From Planctomycetota bacterium (lineage in GTDB: Bacteria; Planctomycetota; MHYJ01; WSZJ01), in NCBI GenBank assembly GCA_038060895.1, contig JBBTCT010000011.1, positions 129,402-142,399 on the forward strand: a DNA stretch of 12,998 bases, read 5' to 3'. Numbering within the stretch: the first letter of the stretch is position 1; the number at the start of each line of letters is the position of its first letter. The notes beneath the pieces were generated by a model. That model was not told the DNA's origin and searched no databases. It saw nothing but the letters and a program-made list of their open reading frames with translations. Position numbers and translations under genes: made by a program. This document shows, piece after piece, positions 6,061-12,998 of this stretch.

Positions 6061-7773
6061 ATGGGAATCAACGAACGCAAGCCGCTCGGGAAAATTCTGG
6101 AAGAAATGAAGGCGGCGTCCGCCAAGCAGATCAAGGACGCGCTCAAGCTCCAGCATGAAAACCCCGGGAAGAAGCTCGGCGAGATCCTGATCGAGCAGAA
6201 GGTCTGCTCGCAGGTGCAGGTCACGGAGGCGCTCGCCAAGCAGTTCAACCTCGTTTTCATGCGCCTGGAGGACCTCGAGGTCGAGGCCGAGTTGACGCAG
6301 CTCGTCCCCAAGCAGGTCTGCGACGATTACAAGATCTGCCCCGTGAAGAAGAATGGCCGCGGCATCACGGTCGCGATGAGCGACCCTCTCGATTTCTTCA
6401 CGCTCGACAACCTGCGGTTCATCCTGAACACCGAAGTCGAGTGCGTCCTGGCGACCCGCGAGGACGTCGTCGAGGCGGTGGGCCGCATCTACGGCGGCGG
6501 CGCGGCGATGAAAGGGCAGTTCGACGCAGCCCTCGAAGAATTGACCGCTTCCGAAGTTGCCGTCCGTAATACGGAAGAACTTGAATCGAAGGAAGAGGAT
6601 GACGCGCCCGTCATCCGCCTCGTGACGCTGATCATTGCCGAGGCCGTGCGCAATCGCGCTTCCGACATCCACGTCGAGCCCATGGAGAAGAAGCTGCGGA
6701 TCCGGTACCGGATCGACGGCGTGTGCCAGGAGGTGGACTCGCCTCCGAAGCGGCTGCAGGGATCGGTCCTGTCGCGTCTGAAGATCATGGCGGACATGGA
6801 CATCGCCGAGAAGCGCAAGCCGCAGGACGGACGTATCAAGATCAAGGTAGGCGAAAGCTCGCTGGACATCCGGGTTTCGATCATCCCTGGGACGCATGGC
6901 GAGTGCATGTGCATGCGAATCCTGGACAAGAAGACGGGCCTGATCGGCCTCGAGGAGCTCGGCTTCTCGGGTGCGGACTACAAGCGATTCCAGGAAATCA
7001 TCAAGAAACCGAACGGGATCTTCCTCGTCACGGGTCCGACAGGATCGGGCAAGACGACGACGCTGTACGCGGCGCTTAAGGAACTGAACAAGCCGGACGT
7101 GAAAATCATCACGGCTGAGAACCCGGTCGAGTACGTCCTGGCGGGCGTGAACCAGTCGCAGGTGAAGGCGCACATCGGATTCACGTTCAGTCGGATCATC
7201 CGTGCCATGCTGCGACAGGCACCCAACATCATTCTCGTCGGCGAAATTCGAGACCAGGAAACCGCGGAAATCGCCATCCAGGCCGCCCTCACGGGGCACC
7301 TTGTGTTCTCGACCCTCCATACGAACGACGCGCCCGGCGCCCTGACCCGACTTCTCGACATGGGCGTGAAGCCCTTCCTTGTCGCGTCGTCCGTGCAAGC
7401 CATCATGGGACAGCGGCTCGTGCGCCGGCTCTGCCCGCATTGCAAGGAGCCGCACTCGCCGACGGTGGAAGAGCTGGGCGCCGTCGGCCTCAAGCCGGCG
7501 GACGTCGAGGGAAAGACAATCTACAACCCCGTCGGTTGCGACCAGTGCAAGCTGGGTTACAAAGGCCGCCAGGCCATCTTTGAGCTGATGGAAATGTCGC
7601 CGATCATCCGCGACATGACCTTCCGCCGGGAACCGACCCTCAAGATGCGCGAGCAGGCCCGGATCGGCGGGATGACCACCCTGATGGAAGACGGCGTCCG
7701 CAAAGTGCTGGACGGCATTTCCTCGATCCCCGAGATTCTGAACCTGGCCCGCCGCGAGGACATCGCTTACTGA
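6061..7773 (+). CDS. pilB: Type IV pilus assembly ATPase PilB (GspE/PulE family), 570 aa
   Basis: Degenerate MshEN N-terminus (PLGKIL...KLGEIL), T2SSE_N region, ASDIHVEP, RYRIDG, EKRKPQDGR, Walker A GPTGSGKT, Walker B ILVGEIRD, His box GHLVFSTLH, and Zn cysteines CPHC...CDQC. It sits next to pilT. The ATG at 6061 is downstream of the promoter. Confidence 0.9.
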   Translation: MGINERKPLGKILEEMKAASAKQIKDALKLQHENPGKKLGEILIEQKVCSQVQVTEALAKQFNLVFMRLEDLEVEAELTQLVPKQVCDDYKICPVKKNGRGITVAMSDPLDFFTLDNLRFILNTEVECVLATREDVVEAVGRIYGGGAAMKGQFDAALEELTASEVAVRNTEELESKEEDDAPVIRLVTLIIAEAVRNRASDIHVEPMEKKLRIRYRIDGVCQEVDSPPKRLQGSVLSRLKIMADMDIAEKRKPQDGRIKIKVGESSLDIRVSIIPGTHGECMCMRILDKKTGLIGLEELGFSGADYKRFQEIIKKPNGIFLVTGPTGSGKTTTLYAALKELNKPDVKIITAENPVEYVLAGVNQSQVKAHIGFTFSRIIRAMLRQAPNIILVGEIRDQETAEIAIQAALTGHLVFSTLHTNDAPGALTRLLDMGVKPFLVASSVQAIMGQRLVRRLCPHCKEPHSPTVEELGAVGLKPADVEGKTIYNPVGCDQCKLGYKGRQAIFELMEMSPIIRDMTFRREPTLKMREQARIGGMTTLMEDGVRKVLDGISSIPEILNLARREDIAY

Positions 7774-7813
7774 TCCTGTCCACCGTGTTCGAACACCTTT
7801 CCCTGGAGACGCC

Positions 7814-8917
7814 ATGGTCGTCGAACTGAACAGGCTGCTGGACCTCGTCGTCGAGAAGCGCTCGAGCGATCTTCATCTCACGGTCGGCATGCCGCCGACC
7901 ATCCGCCTTCACGGGCACCTGCGCCCGTTGAAGCTGCCGCTCCTTACCAACGACGATACGGTGGGATTCATGCGGTCCATCACGAGCGACCGTCACCAGC
8001 AGGAACTGAAAGAACGCGGCGGTTGCGACTTCGGGTTCGCCTACGAACAGAAGGCGCGCTTCCGCGTGGCCGTCTACATGCAGAAAGGGCAGGTCGGCAT
8101 CGCGCTGCGGTTGATCCCGACGAAGCTGCTCTCATTCGAGGAAATCGGGCTGCCTCCGAGCGTGAAAAACCTGCTCTTCCGCCCGCGCGGCCTGATCCTC
8201 GTGACGGGGCCGACCGGCTCGGGAAAGACGACAACGCTGGCGACCATGATCGACTTCATCAATACCGAGGAAGACTGCCACATCATCACGATCGAGGACC
8301 CGATCGAGTACTACCACAGCCACAAGAAATCGATCATCACGCAGCGCGAGCTGGGGGTGGATATCGGGACGTTCAGCGAGGCGATCCGGCGCGCGCTTCG
8401 TATGGACCCGGACGTCGTGCTGGTCGGAGAAATGCGAGACCTCGAGACGATCCAGACGGCCATCACCGCGGCCGAAACGGGACACCTCGTGTTCGGCACC
8501 CTTCACACCACGGGCGCGGCGCGAACGATCAACCGAATCATCGATGCGTTCCCGCAGGAGCAGCAGGAGCAGATCCGCGCGCAGCTGTCGACGTCCGTCG
8601 TCTCGATCATCTCGCAGATGCTGCTGCCCCGTTCCGACACCGACGGCGTCATCGCCGCGTTCGAAATCCTGATCATGACCTCCGCCATCGAACACCTCAT
8701 CCGTGAAAACCAGACTCACAAGATCGTCAGCGCCATCCAGACCGGGGCCAAGCAAGGCATGGTGCTTCTCGACGACTACCTCTTTGACCTCTTCACCAAG
8801 AAAAAGATCGGCTTCCAGGAAATGATGCAGGCCGCCCAGCAGCCCAACGACTTGCAGCAGAAGGTCATGGAATACACGCAGAGCCAGGCCGCAGCGGCCG
8901 CGAAGGCAGCCAAGTAG
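7814..8917 (+). CDS. pilT: Type IV pilus retraction (twitching motility) ATPase PilT, 367 aa
   Basis: SSDLHLTVG, Walker A GPTGSGKT, Asp box TIEDPIE, RALRMDPDVVLVGEMRD, GHLVFGTLH, AIRNLIRE-like AIEHLIRE and IQTG..GM. There is a GGAG RBS upstream. Confidence 0.94.
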   Translation: MVVELNRLLDLVVEKRSSDLHLTVGMPPTIRLHGHLRPLKLPLLTNDDTVGFMRSITSDRHQQELKERGGCDFGFAYEQKARFRVAVYMQKGQVGIALRLIPTKLLSFEEIGLPPSVKNLLFRPRGLILVTGPTGSGKTTTLATMIDFINTEEDCHIITIEDPIEYYHSHKKSIITQRELGVDIGTFSEAIRRALRMDPDVVLVGEMRDLETIQTAITAAETGHLVFGTLHTTGAARTINRIIDAFPQEQQEQIRAQLSTSVVSIISQMLLPRSDTDGVIAAFEILIMTSAIEHLIRENQTHKIVSAIQTGAKQGMVLLDDYLFDLFTKKKIGFQEMMQAAQQPNDLQQKVMEYTQSQAAAAAKAAK

Positions 8918-8935
8918 GAACTCGACGTTCACTAC

Positions 8936-8969
8936 GGCGACCGGGTGTCCCCCGGTCGCCTTTTTTATT
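8936..8969 (+). terminator. Rho-independent terminator after pilT
   Basis: Perfect 10-bp stem GGCGACCGGG / CCCGGTCGCC with a 5-nt loop (TGTCC), followed by TTTTTTATT, starting 18 nt after the pilT stop. Confidence 0.9.
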
Positions 8970-8980
8970 GGAGAAGGCGC

Positions 8981-11182
8981 GTGCGAAAATTCGCGACAGC
9001 GGGGCTCGCGGCAGTGCTCGCCGCAGTCACGGGGTGCGGGGATGGCGGAAGCGCGTCCCCTGCCGCGGTCAAGACCACGGTCGTCGAGGATGCCGCTGGC
9101 GGCTACAAGGTCGCCGTCCCCGAAGGATGGGTGCGTGAAGTACTGCCGTTGACGGATCCGCACAGACGGTGGTTCGCGGGGCGATGGAAACCGGCGAACG
9201 TTGCGCTGCCCGTGGAAGCACTGCTCGTCCACCTCCTGGCGCCGGGGTGCCCTGCCGCCAACCTCGCCTCCCGCCTGGCCAACGCCCCGATCGCTTCAGA
9301 GCCGGAGCCGAAGGACTACGCGGTTGTGAGCTCGGGCGCCGGCGTGGTATTGGGTCGGCAGTCGTTTCGCATCGAGGTGAAGTACAAGTCGGCGCGTTAC
9401 GGGGAGCTGTTTGAGGCGACGGCCTACGTCGAGACGTCCGAAGGATCGGGGCTCCTGGTGACTTCGCGGGGCTCGGTGAAAAGCGAAGCCGTGGTGAAGG
9501 CCAGGCTTGAGGCCGCGCTCGCGGGGCTCGCGCCGATGCAGCGCGTCGTGCGCGAAGGAGCCGCCCGCCCGCACGCCGGAGGCATTGACATCGGCTTCCC
9601 CGAAGGGTTCGACGAATACTACGGACCGTCGGCGTTCGGGACAACGGCCTACGGCATCGGGGCCAGCGATTTCCAGGGCCGGCAGGAAACGGTGTCCCTC
9701 CTGGTCGGCCCGCCGATCCTGAGCGGGGAGCAGTTCCTGACTTCCCTGCTGATGGGGGCGACGAAGTCGATGAAGCCCGCGGCGCCCCGCAAGGCGATCG
9801 TCGCGGGGCAGGAAGTGCGGCTGCTTTCGTTCTCGCCGGCCGAATCCGCTCCCCGGTATGAAATCGCGTGCGCCTCTTTCAAGCTGGGCTCGCAACCCGC
9901 TGCCCTCCTGGTTCACGCAGCGGCGATTCCGACCGGCCGAGCCATTGAAGTGTTCGAAAAGACCGCAGCGACGCTCCGCTTCACGGAGCCTGCCTCCGTT
10001 TCCCTCCGTCCCGTCTCCTTCGGTGAAGGCGGCGGTCGCGCTTCGCTCGCACCCGAGGGGTGGACGACTGCGACCGAGGGGGCTGTCCTGGCTTCGTACA
10101 CGGAGGAGTTGGTCCCCTCTCCCGACGGCGGCGAGCCCAAGAAGCGGCAAGCACTGGTTCTCGAGGCAACGCTCGAGGATGATTTCCGCCGGGACGGCTC
10201 CCCGTTGGGAGCAGCGCGGGACCAGGCGGCGGCGCTGATTGCGAAAAAGGCCCATTGCATCGCGACCGAAGAATTTGACCTGCCCGACGGCCGGAAGGCT
10301 GCGCGCCTGGTCGCCGCGACGCCCATCAGCTACGAGGTCTTCCTGTACGCCCGCGCGACGCCCGGGACGATCGCCCAGGTCCATCTCTCTGCGCTCCCGG
10401 CGCTTGCGGCCGAAGGGCACAGGGCGGCGACCCTCATGCTCGCCGCCACGCGTTTCGCCCCGTTCGCGAGCGTCCGCACGCCGGACGCCGCCGTGCTGGA
10501 GAGGTCCCGAAAGGAAATCCCCGCGCTGCTCGACCGGGGGCGCGGCCGTGCCGGGGGCGAATTCTGGTACGTCGAGGAAGTGTCCGGGGTTGAAGTCGGC
10601 GGCCAGCACGTCAAGGTGCTCGCCGGAGGAAAGTGGTCGGACGGCGAGAGGCGTCCGTCGAAGGAGATCACGATCGCGAGCGTGATGGAGGGAACTCCCG
10701 ACGCCTACATGGAAAGAGTCAACCTGCGCGCTACGGAAAAGGGCCAGGACGGAAAATCGAAGGTGATCGAAGTGAAGACGGAGTCGCGGATCGACGGCAC
10801 GGACCCAAAGTGGATATCCATGTCGCGCCAGGGCGAGGGAGAAGTCGTGCGCCAGGAGAAAGTCGAGCGGCCCGATGCGTGGATGCCGCCGGACCTGTCC
10901 GCTTCCGACGGTCTCGTGGTCGCGCTGGCGGGGTCGCCCGAAGGGACGTACGCCTTTGCGACCGTTCACGAGAGGTTTCTCTCCCTGACATGGCGGGAAT
11001 ACCGCGTCAAGGGGGAGGAGGAAGTCGAGGTCCCCGCCGGAAAATTCAAGGCGCGCCGTGTGGAAGCGGGGGCGAAGTCAGTGTACTGGGTGGCGGAGGG
11101 CAAGATCGTCAGGGCGGAGCTCGGGACGTTTGTACGGAAACTCGCGAGCCGGGAGGCGGCGCTGAGGTACCTCAAGGAGTAG
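8981..11182 (+). CDS. Uncharacterised 733-aa lipoprotein: three putative PsbP/DcrB-like domains plus a C-terminal DUF3108-like beta domain
   Basis: GTG 8981 follows GGAGAAGG. The signal peptide [19 protein letters not shown] has lipobox VTGC. 'xPEG(W/F)' motifs recur about 155-160 aa apart. The C-terminus contains '[16 protein letters not shown]...YWV'. The domain names are pattern-based inference. Confidence 0.72.
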   Translation: MRKFATAGLAAVLAAVTGCGDGGSASPAAVKTTVVEDAAGGYKVAVPEGWVREVLPLTDPHRRWFAGRWKPANVALPVEALLVHLLAPGCPAANLASRLANAPIASEPEPKDYAVVSSGAGVVLGRQSFRIEVKYKSARYGELFEATAYVETSEGSGLLVTSRGSVKSEAVVKARLEAALAGLAPMQRVVREGAARPHAGGIDIGFPEGFDEYYGPSAFGTTAYGIGASDFQGRQETVSLLVGPPILSGEQFLTSLLMGATKSMKPAAPRKAIVAGQEVRLLSFSPAESAPRYEIACASFKLGSQPAALLVHAAAIPTGRAIEVFEKTAATLRFTEPASVSLRPVSFGEGGGRASLAPEGWTTATEGAVLASYTEELVPSPDGGEPKKRQALVLEATLEDDFRRDGSPLGAARDQAAALIAKKAHCIATEEFDLPDGRKAARLVAATPISYEVFLYARATPGTIAQVHLSALPALAAEGHRAATLMLAATRFAPFASVRTPDAAVLERSRKEIPALLDRGRGRAGGEFWYVEEVSGVEVGGQHVKVLAGGKWSDGERRPSKEITIASVMEGTPDAYMERVNLRATEKGQDGKSKVIEVKTESRIDGTDPKWISMSRQGEGEVVRQEKVERPDAWMPPDLSASDGLVVALAGSPEGTYAFATVHERFLSLTWREYRVKGEEEVEVPAGKFKARRVEAGAKSVYWVAEGKIVRAELGTFVRKLASREAALRYLKE

Positions 11183-12047
11183 GCCGGCCGGCTCTCGGAT
11201 GTGCCTTTCCGTAGACTTCCTTCATCCTCGCCGTCGTCACCTGCGTGTAGATCTGCGTCGTCTGGATGTTTGCGTGCCCCAGCAGTTCCTGCACGCTGCG
11301 CAGGTCGGCGCCGCGGTCGAGCATGTGCGTCGCGAACGAGTGGCGGAAGGTATGGGGCGTCACGCGCTTTCCGATCCCTGCGCGCCTCGCGTATTTTTCC
11401 ACGACTCGGCGGACCCCCCGCACGGAAAGCCGCCGGCCGGACTTGTTCGCGAAGACGGCGTCGCTCCCCGGCCAGCCTTCGATCGCTTTCCGCACCGCCG
11501 ACAGTGCAGGACCTCCCAGGACCGCAAGCCGCTCCTTGCGGCCTTTGCCCCGCAGTCTCACCACTCCGCTTCCCAGGTCGACTTCCGACCGCGACAGCGA
11601 CGCCAGCTCGGCAATTCGGCAGCCGGTCGAATAGAACGTCTCCAGGATCGCACGGTCCCTCAGGGCGGCCCTGGAATGACCCTTCGGACCCGTCAGAAAC
11701 GCTTCGATCTCCGCTTCAGAAAGCGCTTTCGGCAGCCGGCGTTCGAGGCGGGGGGTTCGAAGCGCACGTCCGGGATTTTCAGTCAGGATGCCGATGAGGT
11801 GCAGGTGGCGGCAGAGCGACCGCGCGCAGGCGAGCTTTCGCGCGATCGACGATTTCTGGAAGCCTTCGTCGCGGAGTTTCGCGAGGAAGCGCCTGAGTGA
11901 GAGGGGGTCGAGCGTGGCGGGATCCGGGCTGCCCAGGGCATCGGCCATGCCGGCAAGATCCGAAGCGTACGCCCGTGTCGTCTCCGGCGAGAGGTTTCGC
12001 CGGCGCAGGTGCTCGAGGAATGAATCTACGGCTTCGTCCCAGGTCAT
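11172..12047 (-). CDS. xerC: Tyrosine recombinase XerC-like (291 aa)
   Basis: N-terminal SAM-like region ([13 protein letters not shown]...[10 protein letters not shown]), catalytic residues in [36 protein letters not shown] and TTQIYT, and a C-terminal AHPRA. The ATG at 12047 overlaps the upstream TGA (ATGA). XerC is favoured over XerD but needs phylogeny. Confidence 0.85.
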   Translation of the reverse strand: MTWDEAVDSFLEHLRRRNLSPETTRAYASDLAGMADALGSPDPATLDPLSLRRFLAKLRDEGFQKSSIARKLACARSLCRHLHLIGILTENPGRALRTPRLERRLPKALSEAEIEAFLTGPKGHSRAALRDRAILETFYSTGCRIAELASLSRSEVDLGSGVVRLRGKGRKERLAVLGGPALSAVRKAIEGWPGSDAVFANKSGRRLSVRGVRRVVEKYARRAGIGKRVTPHTFRHSFATHMLDRGADLRSVQELLGHANIQTTQIYTQVTTARMKEVYGKAHPRAGRPTP

Positions 12048-12760
12048 GGATGCTCCGGATTCGACCACTTGTGCTTCGCAGGCTGGGGGCGGCCGAGTTC
12101 ATTGTCGACGATGCGCTCGACGATGAGGGCGCACACGAAACGCCAGTAGGTCTCGCGGCTGCGGGCGATTCCTTCCCCGTCCTTCCAGGCCGAATCCCCG
12201 GCAACGCGGGCGGCGGCGTACGAGGAAAGGGACGATTCGATGTTGTCGTCCCCGGCGTCGGCGACGAGTTCGAAGTGCTGGTCGAGGTGGGGGGCGGTCG
12301 AAGGTGAGATCGCGAGCGGGCGGGCGCTGACGACGTGCTTCTCGAGGTTTTCCGGCGGCGATTTGACGCGCTGCGTCAAGAGGAGCTGAAGCGCAACGGC
12401 CGTACGCGGCGGATAGTACGTGTTCAACTCCGTGACCTCCGCGGCCACGATGGCGTCGGCATCCAGCGCCTTCGCCACAGCGAGGTAATCCTCCGCGGTC
12501 TCCAGCTTGAGGCCCTTCGCAGCCGCCGCATCCGCCACCTGCCGCGGACGCACCACGTCGAATCCGGCGTGCATGAGCATTTCCGAAGCGAAGGCCTCCC
12601 CTGCTTTCATCCCGTCGAATCCCTTCGCACCCGATCGATCCAGGAAAGGCGCAACGGCGACGCGCTTCACGGACTTGAACGGGTTCGGCTCCGGGTTCCG
12701 GTATGTCTCTCCGAGGCAACCGCCCAGAGCGAGCGGGAGCAGCCAGATCAGTTTCTTCAT
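12044..12760 (-). CDS. Putative lipoprotein, CsgG/TolB_N/LpoB-like alpha-beta fold (238 aa)
   Basis: Signal peptide [15 protein letters not shown]. The pattern '[12 protein letters not shown]...FDVV...[17 protein letters not shown]' is typical of this superfamily. GGAG RBS is present, with ATGA overlaps at both ends. Confidence 0.75.
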   Translation of the reverse strand: MKKLIWLLPLALGGCLGETYRNPEPNPFKSVKRVAVAPFLDRSGAKGFDGMKAGEAFASEMLMHAGFDVVRPRQVADAAAAKGLKLETAEDYLAVAKALDADAIVAAEVTELNTYYPPRTAVALQLLLTQRVKSPPENLEKHVVSARPLAISPSTAPHLDQHFELVADAGDDNIESSLSSYAAARVAGDSAWKDGEGIARSRETYWRFVCALIVERIVDNELGRPQPAKHKWSNPEHP

Positions 12761-12998
12761 TTCAGGAGCTCCGTGTTCTGCGGGGCAACGGTCCAGATTC
12801 CCTGGGCGCCGTTGCGGATGGTGGTGAAGAGGATTCGTCCGTCAGGGGCCCAGCACGGGTCCCATTCGGGCGCGGGGTCCCAGGTGACGCGGAGGTAGCG
12901 GGAGCCGTCGGATCGGATCGCCCAGATGTCGTCGGCCTTTCCATCGGCGTCGAACTGGCCGAAAGCGATCCAGAGCGAGTCGGGGGACCAGGTGGGGC
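12757..12998 (-). CDS. C-terminal 79 aa of a TolB-like (PD40-repeat) beta-propeller protein, 5'-partial
   Basis: Manual translation: [79 protein letters not shown]. It has two PxW(S/A)PD motifs, and its TGA overlaps the next ATG. It is not in the ORF track. Confidence 0.85.
   Translation of the reverse strand, partial: PTWSPDSLWIAFGQFDADGKADDIWAIRSDGSRYLRVTWDPAPEWDPCWAPDGRILFTTIRNGAQGIWTVAPQNTELLK

Noticed and set aside
2543-10969. Long antisense ORFs (2543..3610, 3794..5248, 5968..7815, 8132..9232, 9296..10969)
   Set aside because: They lie opposite well-supported genes, show no recognisable motifs, and are expected from high-GC codon bias.
11172-12047. Recombinase as a phage, integron or ICE integrase marking a mobile element
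   Set aside because: Its size and motifs fit housekeeping XerC. There is no IntI-type insertion, attC array, adjacent tRNA, flanking direct repeat or obvious composition shift, and no dif-like site was recognised.
5231-12068. Longer ORF-track starts for ppdK (5344), pilB (5920), the large lipoprotein (8945) and xerC (12068)
   Set aside because: They overlap an upstream gene, promoter or terminator. The downstream starts at 5230, 6061, 8981 and 12047 fit RBS or coupling signals and family N-termini.

Overview
High-GC bacterial chromosomal window. The domain content suggests Planctomycetota, but that is inference only. There are three transcription units. (1) A leftward operon from a sigma70-type promoter at about 5838-5810: an NTF2-like lipoprotein, then ppdK (pyruvate, phosphate dikinase), then a >814-aa protein (2443 to <1) that the ORF track misses because it runs off the window edge. 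This protein has a tandem MshEN-like N-terminal domain, five copies of a conserved DKVSVTSGLVDTxxLPDLDD motif in Pro-rich linkers, and at least 26 KAEEAR-type hexads. (2) A divergent rightward pilB-pilT type IV pilus motor pair with a near-consensus promoter and an intrinsic terminator, followed immediately by a 733-aa multi-domain lipoprotein. (3) A leftward, ATGA-coupled run of a TolB-like propeller (partial), a CsgG/TolB_N-like lipoprotein and xerC. The most novel-looking element is the repeat-rich MshEN-like protein, a candidate scaffold for the adjacent pilus motor. No RNA genes, CRISPR array or mobile element were seen. Family assignments come from motif recognition by eye, not from database searches.
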